Shown here in pieces: positions 29,082 through 41,200 of a DNA stretch of 64,000 nucleotides. Source of the stretch: Octopus sinensis. Lineage: Eukaryota. A program made the translations under genes and the position numbers. The notes beneath the pieces are model-generated. The model had not been told where the DNA came from and ran no database searches. It was given only the letters and a program-made list of their open reading frames with translations. Numbering within the stretch: the stretch's first letter is position 1; every line of letters begins with the position of its first letter. The stretch covers positions 2,666,001-2,730,000 of the forward strand of contig NC_043016.1 of NCBI RefSeq assembly GCF_006345805.1. The letters run 5' to 3'.

Positions 29082-29811
29082 TATTTATTATTATTATTAT
29101 TTTATTATTATTATCATTATTATTATTATCTCATTCAGATTTTCATTTGCCCTTGTTGCAATCCTTCCCAAATCATCAGTCACTCATCCCCATTTATTTT
29201 ATACATGCGCATTCTCTTCCATTCTTGGTTGCTCTAACTCACATTTCTGCAATAGTTCCTTCCATACTTATTTACACACACACACACACTCGCTCTCTCT
29301 CTCTTTCTCACACACAAATGCACGCACGCATGCACACATACACACGCACACACACTCACAAACACACACACTCACACGCACGCACACACACACGCATACA
29401 AACATAAACGTATGCTCCTTCTTCCCGCTTTCGTGTTTGTTTTATGCAGTGAAAATGGCTGCCTATATATTCGTAATTACAGTTAATGTCGCTGGCGTTT
29501 TTGCGTTTGTTTGATTGAGTTTTTCTCGTGTTTCTTTTAGCGATCTCACCGGACCCTATCATTTCCCGTGACCTACACGTATTATGTCTTACGAACTAAC
29601 TCGATACGAGAACAAAAAGAATAATAATAAAAATTAATAAAACGAATCACAACATGAACAACAACAATAAAATAATCACATGAATAAAGCAGAACGATAA
29701 TATATATATATATACACACACATATATATATATATATATTATATATATATACACATATACATATATACATATATAATATTACATATATATATATAATCTA
29801 TATATTATCAC

Positions 29812-29846
<35 letters not shown>

Positions 29847-29928
29847 ATACACACATATATATATGTATACATATATATATATATATATATATAAACACTA
29901 AATATATATACATATATATATATATTAG

Positions 29929-29960
<32 letters not shown>

Positions 29961-30484
29961 ATATATGTATATATATATATGCATGTATATATGTACATAT
30001 ATATATACACACACACGCACGCACACAGATACCACACACGAACACACGCACGCACACACGCACGCACACACGCACACACACACACATACATACACTCACA
30101 CACACAAACACATATATATATATATATATATAGACAAAGGAAATTTATATTAAACCAAACGAATCTCAGATAGCCGAACTAAGTTAAACCACCAACATCA
30201 GCTCCATCCCTAGCCTCCATTCGCCCTTTACGTCGCTAAAACGTAACCGCCCCCCCCCACCGATCATCCAAAACCCGTCCTATAACCAGCCGAACCCTAA
30301 CCCATTCGCCACCCACCTCACCAACATTCGGCTTTGTTCTACAACCACACTAATTCCCATTTAACGACACCTGACGTTAATCCCTCAAAACTACGGCTGC
30401 AACTGGAACTGTGATCACATATTTTAGCTTCAGCTGGTAGCCAAGCAGCGGCCTACATGCCTTTTTCCTTTCTTTTTTCTTATT

Positions 30485-30517
<33 letters not shown>

Positions 30518-31185
30518 TTTCTTCTTCTTCTTTTCTTTTTTACTTATATCTTTCTTTTTTCTTTCTTACCTTTTTCTTCCTTACCTTTCTGCTACCACTG
30601 CCACACCAGCTCGAACTGTCGTAGTGACCATTGTGACAGCCATATCCACACTCCTACACATACACAGGCTCACAAGCACGCATGCATGCGCACACACACA
30701 TACATAGACGCACACATACGCATGCACTCTCCTTCACATACAAATCTACATACATTACATGCATATCTCTATATAATAATAACCGATATAAAAGTTGGTT
30801 GGTCGGTTGGTCGGTCGGTTGGTTGGTCGGTCGGTCGGTCGGTCGGTTGGTCGGTTGGTCGGTCGGTCGGTCGGTTGGTCGGCTGGTTAATTCCCCAGTC
30901 GCACCATACATAGTAAATGGAGAGGGAGTGGGAGAGCAAAAGAGGAGTACCGAGAAGTTAACACAAACAACGTCGTCGATAGACACCAAATGCATGACAA
31001 GCTTGTACACGCACACACACACACACACACACATGCATGCACACGATCTTCTGTCTCCATACACACACGCATAACTATAGTTGAACAGTTTAAACATGAC
31101 AGTTTGTTGGACGATGTAAAATTGCTTTTGGTTTATAGAGACATCGTTGTGTGTGGTTGTGTGTTTGCATATATGTATGCTTATG

Positions 31186-31225
<40 letters not shown>

Positions 31226-31641
31226 AGGAAGTAGAATAACAAAGGAATAGACAATTGCGTTGTGAATTGCGTTGGCTTACAGCTGTTTGTGCTATGAGAT
31301 GCTATACACTCATAGCTGAATACCTGAGTATCACGTCGTAGCCCCATCGGAGCTTCAAACAGGAAGTGAACCTCATGTTAGAAGCTCCGATGAAGCTACA
31401 GAGTGATAGTCAAGAGTTCAACATAAACAACTGTAAGCTAATGCAATTCACAACATAATTCTTTATTCCTTTGTCATCCCAAATATCCTATCACCGCTTT
31501 GTACTCAACTGACGCGCGTTCCGAAGCATATGGATAGTGAGTTCTAACGGCAGATTATTCCTATCGCTATACCTTAGGGGAATATTAATATATAAATTTA
31601 AGACACAATATATTGATTAAACTAATCCGTTGATGTTTACG

Positions 31642-31696
<55 letters not shown>

Positions 31697-31702
31697 ACAC
31701 AC

Positions 31703-31733
<31 letters not shown>

Positions 31734-32037
31734 TAAAGAGAACGTTGCATGGAAAATTTAACAAAAACAAACGGAAAATTTGACTAAAATATAACAAACG
31801 GAAATTTCTCACGGCCATAACACACAGAGAATTCGTAGCTAATTCCTTATCAGCCAACGACCAAGTGACCATAGCAGTTACGTGCCGTTATTGTTGAGAC
31901 CATTGCTTCTGGAGGCGCCAGTGCAAAACAGACACTGGGTAAAGCTAACTAACCTAAGGTACATGACGGAAACAAACAAAACAAACTAATATATTATAAT
32001 AATTACATATATTATATAATATATATATATATATATA

Positions 32038-32077
<40 letters not shown>

Positions 32078-32080
<3 letters not shown>

Positions 32081-32258
32081 CGGAGATGTACTGGCATAGC
32101 GAGTGACTTGATCTGATCGTATGCTGGAACGAAAAACAATTGCAGCGTGGAAGGTGTTTATAAGCCATTTAAGAAACACAAAAAAAAACGTTAGATTCAC
32201 TTCAACATTTAAATTTAATTTGTCAAAATATTTTCGTCGCTTTCAGACCGCGACGTTT
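32078..32258. repeat. Dispersed (TA)n-flanked repeat; a second copy is inverted at 42436-42608
   Basis: ACAATTGCAGCGTGGAA.GTGTTTATAAGCCATTTAAGAAACAC...CTTCAACATTTAAATTTAATTTGTCAAA at both loci. Confidence 0.85.
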
Positions 32259-32259
32259 A

Positions 32260-32810
32260 TGTCAGGTCACTTTCGAGTACTGGTAACACGTAACCCAGTA
32301 CAACCTGATACATCGTCGGGTCGTCTGTGAGTAAACCGACAACCCCACCAAGCTTGCTTGGTGAGGTGGGTGTTTATTGTACATCATGCGGTATGAAAAA
32401 CAAAACCCGTCAAAGGGCGGAGGAACTATTGAGTGTCAACGGCCATCCAATAAATATATTAAGGCTGTATCATGCGCGGGGAAATAGAAATAATCGGACT
32501 GATACCCGATCGCACGGTTAAACCATTGGGAGTGACGGACTCCTAGCCTTTGTTAGGGCATCCTTCAAGTAGAAGGTAACTCAGGTACCTGGGATAACTC
32601 CGACATAAAACCTGCGGCTCAGTGGTTACCGATGATGTTGACTTGTTCTTCTTTTTGGATTACGGCTGCTGTTGCTTATTGAGTGGGATTGACTCAATGC
32701 AAAGCCTTTCCTCACTTAAAAAAGTATCTTCTTGCACAGGCATTGCACGATAACAACATTAAGTTTCGTACAATGGCCATACTCGATAACGAGGGGGCAG
32801 CCACCATGCA
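32260..32810 (+). mobile_element. Non-autonomous RTE-related element (RTE 5' UTR head, unique body, RTE-like 3' end, (TATG)n tail)
   Basis: 32260-32455 aligns with 38273-38470. The body and GCAGCCACCAT end align with 61817-62295 on the minus strand. Confidence 0.65.
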
Positions 32811-33439
32811 TGTATGTATGTATGTATGTATGTATGTATGTATGTATGTATGTATGTATGTATGTATGTATGTATGTATGTATGAATGCATGTATGTATG
32901 AATGCATGTATGTATTTATGAATGTATGTATGTATGTATATGCGTATGTATGTATGTGTGTACATGTATGTGCGCATGCCTATACGCATGTATGTATGTA
33001 TGTATGTATGTATGTATGTACTTATGTATTTACGTATGTATGTGAGTATTTAGGAGAGTGTGTAGACGTGTCTGTGTGTGTGTACATGTGTATGTACGTG
33101 TGAACGTATGTTTATGTAATGATATGTGTCAGTTCAAGTTGTATACATGACTGTTACTTTGTTGAAGGTTGTATATATACACACTTATACATTTATATAG
33201 ACACACACACACATACATATGTGTGTGTGTGTGTGCGTTTGTCCCTCTCACCATCGTCTAGCTCTGAATGGATACAACGTCTTAGATACATATATGCACA
33301 TATAACCTTATACATATACACAAGTACACACAATCATATAGACTCTTGCACATACTCACAAATATACTTATAACCTTAAAGTATACACACATATACGCTC
33401 ATCCATCTCTACATATATATATATACATATACATATACG

Positions 33440-33498
<59 letters not shown>

Positions 33499-33654
33499 AT
33501 ATTTATACATACTTATACATATACATATACTATATATATACATGTATATGACACTCTTTTCAGCACAACGGTTAAAATTCAAACTTGCTTTATTTTATTC
33601 TATTTAATCTTTTTTTTACATGCATACATATATAATATATATATATATATATAT

Positions 33655-33687
<33 letters not shown>

Positions 33688-33907
33688 CTTTATTTTAAGC
33701 AGCAGAAATTCAACAAAATCTGTTACTCTGAGTTTCTCGTTGCCGTTCATCAGACAGTTTTGCTAAAAACTGTCTGATGAACGGCAACGAGAAACTCAGA
33801 GTAACAGATTTTGTTGAATTTTCTGCTGCTTAAAATAAAGCATATTACTCTACCACTGGTATTTGAGTACTCTTTTTCCACCTTGTTTCACATTTATGTG
33901 TTTACTC

Positions 33908-33912
<5 letters not shown>
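33688..33912. repeat. Hammerhead-bearing repeat (family C) with a ~74-bp-arm near-perfect palindrome, (TA)n on both sides
   Basis: Arms 33688-33761 and 33766-33840, spacer GCTA, one indel. Confidence 0.92.
33767..33811 (+). ncRNA. Type I hammerhead-like motif, family C (mirror copy on the minus strand in the left arm)
   Basis: AAACTGT-CTGATGA-A-CG-GCAA-CG-A-GAAA-CTCAGAG-TA-ACAGATTT; stem III ACTC-A-GAGT; non-canonical A.A at the base of stem II. Confidence 0.7.
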
Positions 33913-33949
<37 letters not shown>

Positions 33950-33969
33950 ATATATATATTTACACATAC

Positions 33970-34430
33970 TCATATATGTGGAATCTGGATGTTACCCCAT
34001 CCGGATTTTTGGTTGAGAGTGGGTTTGTATTCTTGTATACAGACAGCTTCCGTGACCTGTCTCAGCATTGCATCAGTGGGATGTGTGGATAAGATGTTTA
34101 ACTCAAGTCTCCCTAAGGAGCCCTTGTGGCAGTCTACAGCATGCTGATAGAAGATGGAGTTTGGTTTCTTTTCGATGTAGTTGTCCAGGTGTTCTTTGAC
34201 CCTATCATTGATACTCCTAGAAGTCTCACCTATGTATGACTCTGGGTTAGTCGGGCAAGCTCCTTCTTGGCACTTAATTTGGTATACAATGCTTTTGGTT
34301 TTGCAGTTCACATGTGGCTTTGTAGAACATACTGCACAATTATTTCCACATGTGAATCTATCAAATGGATATGATCTACATAATACTGATTTGATAGTCC
34401 TACCTGTCTTTTCTACAACCTTGATCTTAA
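33970..34430 (-). mobile_element. Penelope-like element 3' fragment (GIY-YIG endonuclease)
   Basis: IVYQIKC...SYIGETSRSINDRVKEH...EAVCIQEYKPTLN. Confidence 0.85.
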
Positions 34431-34585
34431 TATTTTTATATATTTTTTATATATTTTTTATGTATTTTTATATAATTTTTATGACGAAAAATGCGAGCGA
34501 TGTATAAGTACGCAGGCAAGCAGAGTTATAACAGAGTAATTTCCCTTTATTTAACGGTATTTTTTCATAACGTTTTCAAATAGCC

Positions 34586-34648
34586 AGATAACCGAAGAGA
34601 TGGTGTTGTGGATTTCCACTTCGGCATCTGAAACTCAGAGTTTTATCT
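34586..34648 (+). ncRNA. Variant type I hammerhead-like motif in the pseudo-LTR (family D); also at 37125-37187 and 51563-51625, with noisier copies at about 49250-49330 (minus) and 49650-49715
   Basis: AGATAA-CCGAAGA-GATG..CATC-T-GAAA-CTCAGAG-TT-TTATCT; U4C core variant; sense orientation relative to the PLE ORF. Confidence 0.65.
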
Positions 34649-34852
34649 TGACTACCGAGTAATGTAACATATTGTATAGATAAATTTCCTCTATTTACAT
34701 AATATTGAGGTCTCTTTCTTTCTTTTGTTATCTTACCGTTTTATCAATAAATCACCTCCCGGACGACGTTATTCTCAACTAAGAGCTAATACGGCCTTTT
34801 TGGATTATTGCCTAACATCGGTTGAGGACTCTCACATACAGAAGAATTTAAT

Positions 34853-36896
34853 ATGGATGCATATCACATAGATTATTCTATGAAAAATATACCGATCCCA
34901 TCAAAGGAATTTTACTCTAAGAAACTTCTACAAAAAATTACTGATGTAATTAAGAGGTATGAGATAGAAGGCTTTTTTTTGATACAGAAGCGGACACCCA
35001 GGAAAAACATTTTCTATCGAATAAAATCCAAAAAATTCCCTCCCAGGATTAAAGGCTTGGAAGATTTCGAAGCGGACCTGCTGAAAATTATGAGCAAAAT
35101 AAAATTTCGTAAGTCTTTAACGATTTCCAACATAAATTGAAAAAAGATATAATCATATAAAGAGCTCCAAGAAAAAAGCACTTTTTTCGGATAAAACCAA
35201 GAACTTATACCTGGTAGATAACAGCAATACACACAACTCTTACACAACAGCATCATTAATAATTATACTAAGGCTAGGGCACAGACATATAACGAAATCA
35301 ATAAAGAAGCTAGCGTCATCGCCACTAACTTAAATTAGATAAAAAAATAGAAGCCCTTCCCCAAAAAGAGGCTTTATTACTATTAAAGATCATAAAGAAA
35401 CTTCCTTTCCAACCCTAAATGTAGGCTTATCAACCCAGCCAAGTCAGAACTTGGGATTATTAGCAAAGAAATTTTAGATAAAATAAATACGAAAATTAAG
35501 ACCGATACTAGGCTAGTACAATGGTCCAATAGTATAGAAGTCGTAGACTGTTTAAAGCTATTAAGAATAAGAAAAAAGGGAGGTTACACAATTCGATATT
35601 GTTGATTTTTATGCCTCTATCTCTAAAGAACTGCTAGATAAAGCCCTCATCTTCGCTAGTGACTTCATAGAAATTAGTACCATGATAAGGAAATAATTTC
35701 CATGCTAGAAAGACCTTACTTTTCAGTGAGGACGCAAAGTGGGTAAAAAACACCGACACAGAGGCGCTTTCGATGTGAGCATGGGTTCATATGATGGGGC
35801 AGGCATCTGTGATCTAATTGGACTTTTTCTCCTAGATACCTTAGGTAAGACATTCCCTAACGTACATTTCGCCATCTACAAAGATGATGCCCTCGCCGTA
35901 ACAGCTAATACAAATGGACCAGCACAAGATCGTTTTAGGAAGGATATTATCCAGTTAATGAAGCACTTCGGACTTAGTATAACTATAGATACTAACTTGA
36001 CGGTTGTCAATTTCTTAGACGTTTCCTTAGATCTTAATAAGAATATTTATAAGCCTTATAGGAAGCCCAATGATAGACTAAGTTATATTAATGTAGGTTC
36101 ATGCCATTCCCCTATAGTATTCAAACATTAAGTTAAAAATATTAGTAAGAGGATTTCTAGCCTCTCATCTGATGAGGACATCTTCAATAGCGTTGCCCCA
36201 GTTTATAATAAGGCTTTAAAAGATAGTGGTTTTAGCGATAAAATAAAATATACACCTATCACTAGCCCAACAGTAAAGAAAAGGAATAATAGAAATAGGA
36301 AGGTCATCTGGCCTTCAATATAGGTAAATATTTCCTAGCACTGATAGATAGACATTTTCAGTTAACCATACTTATAGGAAACTCTTCAATAGACACAATT
36401 TAAAAATTAGTTTTAGTTCAACTACCAATTTTAAAAACATAATCAATCATAACATACAAAAAACACAAGAAGAAAACAGCTGTTCATGCAGGAATAAAGA
36501 ATGTGCCCGCTAAATGGAGCTTGCATGTCCAAGACCATCATATATGAAGCTACCGTAAACTCTATAACCACTAAAGACCACCGTTTCGACGAAGAAATAC
36601 GTGGGCCTGACAGAGGGTAATTTCAAGGCCAGGTTCAATAACCACACTTTGAGCTTTAGGCACTGGAACAAAAGAAAGCGACACAATTGTCTAATCATAT
36701 TTGGTCTTTAAGGATAAAGGTGTCGATTATAACATACAATGGAAGATTTTGGCCAGATGTGTAGCCCTACACTAACGGCAGCGGAAGGTGCGGTCTATGC
36801 GACATGGAGAGATGGCTTATCTGGAAAAGCAGCTTAGACCCTACTACATGTCTAAATACAAGGACAGAGCTTTTCGGATCATGCACATGTGACTAA
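34853..36896 (+). pseudogene. PLE RT plus GIY-YIG ORF, frameshifted
   Basis: FDVSMGSYDGAGICDLIG, YKDD, VNFLDVSLDL, IIYEATV..GLTEGNFKARFNNH, CGLC..E. Confidence 0.88.
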
Positions 36897-37209
36897 GTTT
36901 CTGTTACGTTTTGGTCCCCTAAGAAAACAGATAGAACATGCTTTCTATGTTATGTCCCAAGAAGAATTTATATTTTATATATTTTTTATATATTTTTTAT
37001 GTATTTTTATATAATTTTTATGACGAAAAATGCGAGCGATGTATAAGTACGCAGGCAAGCAGAGTTATAACAGAGTAATTTCCCTTTATTTAACGGTATT
37101 TTTTCATAACGTTTTCAAACAGCCAGATAACCGAAGAGATGGTGTTGTGGATTTCCACTTCGGCATCTGAAACTCAGAGTTTTATCTTGACTACCGAGTA
37201 ATGTAACAT

Positions 37210-37248
<39 letters not shown>

Positions 37249-37733
37249 TGATACATTCGGAAATGTAACCGAGCATTTTACTGCTATTTTCAGCAAGTAG
37301 ACGACACTGTGTAAGAATGAACTGACGTCTCGTAAAACATGAAGGAAACTGTTCAAAAAGTTGTTAGGATGAAATAACCGTGAAGTTTTTTGTGTGAAAA
37401 ACCACAAAGGTCTCAGCCGCAAGAAAGCCTTTAGTTATAGGCTCTGGAAGTCATTGACAAAATGAACAACTTTAACGTAGAAAAATTATTCTTAGCTTTT
37501 CACTTGTGATGAATGATAATGTAGTAGCAATCCTGAAGTTGAACGTCGTGAAGCAGCATACGAATTCAAAAACGAAAGCTGTAGATTTTTTAGATCGGGG
37601 TACCAATTTTTAAGGATAACTGGCGGTAAGAGACAAGCCTGCTAGTTTTTCAAATTGCTCCTTACTCACTTCACTCTCCCTCTCTGCTTGTCGAACGACT
37701 TAATGTTTTTGTTGATTATTTCTCTCTGTCTGC

Positions 37734-37774
<41 letters not shown>

Positions 37775-37810
37775 GCACACACACACTTTTGACAATTGGA
37801 ATGGGTATTC

Positions 37811-38235
37811 GGATCTTTTCGGTTTGAACGGCAGTTTTTTCTAGCGGTGTCATATGAAATTGTCACCCATAATTATGACCCTAGTATCGATCTATTGCAT
37901 TTCAATATGTTTTAGGGTTAGGGTTAGTTAGGGTTAGGGTTGGGAGGAAGAGTATCTTTTTTTCTTCTCAAATGTAAATAAACCCAATCTGTTTCTTAAA
38001 CGAGGGACATATTCATACGGCACAGAATGATTTTTTTACCTCAATGGACGTAAACGATTGGTTGAAATTGCAGAAATTGAAGAAAAAAACAAATATCTTA
38101 CAAACTATAGAATTTTCTCAATAAAGCCAAGAGAAAAAGATGTTTTATAAACACATTCTACCAGTATACAAAGTTAAAAATTTTTTAGTTAGCTAGAAAT
38201 TATGTAAAAAACTGTCGTTCAAACCGAAAAGATCC
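37811..38235. mobile_element. MITE with 30-bp terminal inverted repeats and an 8-bp target-site duplication
   Basis: TIRs 37811-37840 and 38206-38235 (one mismatch); GGGTATTC at 37803-37810 and 38236-38243. Confidence 0.92.
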
Positions 38236-38272
38236 GGGTATTCTTGTAGGTTAATTTTTCTTTATCTTTATG

Positions 38273-41200
38273 TGTCAGGTCACTTGAGTGCTACTGGTAC
38301 CATGTGGTCCAGTACAACCTGTTACATGGTCGGGTCGTCGGCGACTAAACTGGCAACCCCACCAGGCTTGCTTGGTGAGGCGGGTGTTTGTTGGACACCC
38401 TGCAGAACAAAAAAATAGGACCTGTCAAAGGGTGGAAGAACTACAGTGTAGTCAACGGGCATCCAACGCTCTGCTGCCTTGTAGATAGACTTTTTAGTCA
38501 AAGGCTCCGGGTGGGGTCTCCTAAGCTAACCCCCTACTTCGGCCTAGGCAACCGGGTAGTATACGCCTACTGAAAACCATGGATCCTTTTCTCTCTTTCC
38601 CCATAGTTTGGATGGTATGGTCAGCCGTGGTTGGAAACCCTCCTAGGAGAGGGTAACTCCGACTTCGAACCTACGGCCCGAGGATCTCGCTCTCACCGTT
38701 CGAGCTCGCTAGGCCATGGCAGATGAATCTCGTGCTTAAAGGGTGGGGTCAGTTTGCGCGCACTGCACTTCACCTTAAAAATCTCCCTAGCGCAGGCCAA
38801 AGGACATGTCCAAGTTCTGTGAACAGCCATCCTAAAAGCCCTGCAGCGATGGGAAAGGGGCGAAAGCAGTCGGTGGAAGATGTCACTGGAAGCCGTAGTC
38901 TCAGCCCTACATGTAGGCGGCTCAGGATTTTGGTCGCCTGGTTGTCGACCCGGAGGCGACGACACCACTCGGCAGCATCCTGAGCGACCAGGCAGCCCTA
39001 TTTAGGGAGAGCACTGTCTGCTCCACATGGAGAGGGGCGGTAGAAAAGGTTCGCCGAAACAAAGCTCGTCTCCTCTATACCAGTTGACTAACCGCGGTCA
39101 TCTTCAGAGCGCTCGAACAAACATTGAAACAAAACCGAAGAAGAGTAAGCAGGAGTTGAAAGTTACCTGCTGGAATGTCAGGACCATGCTTGACAAGGCT
39201 GACAGCAGCCGCCCGGAACGTCGTTCGGCTCTCATCGCTCATGAACTCTCCCGTCTCAACATTGACATAGCAGCTCTCAGCGAGGTCCACTTAGCTGACG
39301 TGGGCAGCCTCAAAGAACGCGGCGCTGGCTACACCCTCTTCTGAAAAACGTGTGTCGGGTGTAGGACTCATGGTGAGGAATTCCATCACCTCTAAACTGG
39401 AAACGTTACCCACGGGCCACTCGGACCGCATCATATCCATGCGCCTACCACTAGAGTGCAAACAACATCTCACTCTCTTCAGTGTTTACGCTCCAACTCT
39501 ACTGGCAGATCCTGCGGACAAAGACAGTTTCTATTCTGATCTGCGCACACTCTTGAAAACACCCCTGCAAATGACAAGGGCTATCCTTGGCGACATCAAC
39601 GCAGAGTTAGGAGGAATTCTGAGGCTTGGAAAGGAGTCCTTGGAAGACACGGCATTGGTTGTTGTAATGACAATGGGCACCTCCTGCTCGAGTTCTGCAC
39701 AGAGCCACTAACTTGCTATTACCAACACAATCTTGGATGCATCCCCGGTTCAAACATTGGCATCTACTTGACTATGTGCTTGTGCGCCAGCGGGACCTGA
39801 AAGACGTCTAACACAAGAGTGATGCCCAGTGCAGAGTGCCACACCGACCATCGCTTTGTCTGCTGCAAGCTTAAACTGCAGTTCAAACAAAACCCAAGAA
39901 GAAAGGTCACCCTGTAAAGAAACTCAATGTCGACAGCTTGTGCCAGGAGGAAGTGAAAATCAAGTTCCAAGCCAACCTGCAGCAAAGACTAGACGAATCA
40001 TCCCCCTGCACTGAAGACACCAACCCAGACACCTTGTGGGAGAACCTGAAATCAGCCATCCTTAAGACATATATGGAAGTTCTCGGGCACACAAAGAAGA
40101 AAAACAACCTCGCACAGCCATCCTGTCCTGTAAAGAAAACTACCTTTCGACGCGCATGCAGCAGCCTGCAGCAAAAACTCAGAGAAATGCAGAACGAGTG
40201 GTGGGACCACCTGGCGTGGAGAACCTGACCTCGGAGACTATAGAGGCTTCTATGAGGCTCTGAAAGCAGAGTATGGCCCCATCCAACTGGTCCAGAGTCC
40301 CCTACGCAGTTTAGATGGACAGGACCTCCTCACCGATAACACCTCCATCCTCGCTCGCTGGTCCGAGCACTTCCAAAGCCTCTTCGGTGCTAACCGTACC
40401 GTACTGGACGCTGCTATCCTTCGCATTCCTCAACTTCCACTCAAAGAGGAGCTCAACAAACCACCCACCCTCGAAGAAATGATTGAAGCCATAGGACAAC
40501 TCAAGAGTCGCAAAGCATCAGGAGTTGACGACATCCCACCAGAAATCTGGAAGAATGGAGGTTCGATGCTCCATGACAAGCTCCGTGATTTTTTTGTTTG
40601 CTGCTGGGAGCAGAGCAAGCTGCAACAGGATCTTCGCAACGCCGTCATCACAACTCTGTACAAGAACAAGGGTGAAAAGTCTGACTGCTCCAACTACCGG
40701 GGAATCACACTACTCTCCATCGCCAGGTTCCTGCTCAATAGGCTAGTACCAACCATCGCTGAAGAAAACCTCTCTTCAGAGCCAACAGAGGCACAACGGA
40801 TATGGCGTTCGTCCTCCGCCAACTCCAGGAGAAGTGCCGAGAACAAAACAGGGGACTCTATGCTACTTTCGTCGACCTTAAAAAAGCATTTAACACAGTG
40901 AGCAGGACAGGATTATGGCTCATCCTGGAACGACTTGGCTGTCCCACCAAGTTTCAACAGATGGTGATCCAGCTGCACGAGAATTAGCGTGGTCAGATCA
41001 GACGAAATGCTGACCTGTCGGAGCCCTTCCCCATTTCCAACGGCGTGAAGCATGGCTGCGTTCTGGCACCGACTCTCTTCAGCATGATGATCAAGCATGC
41101 AGCTGAAGATATGGAGGATGAGGATGGGGTGTATGTTAGGTATCGTCTGGATGGCAGTCTCTTCAATCTACGGCGCCTCCAAGCCCACACCAAGACCCAG

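Larger units (their letters stand above)
34430..37215 (+). mobile_element. Penelope-like element with direct pseudo-LTRs (34430-34750 and 36968-37215)
   Basis: Direct terminal repeats enclose a frameshifted RT plus GIY-YIG ORF. Confidence 0.9.

Noticed and set aside
37913-37940. TTAGGG repeats as an interstitial telomere
   Set aside because: There are only four units, and they lie inside a TIR- and TSD-bounded MITE.
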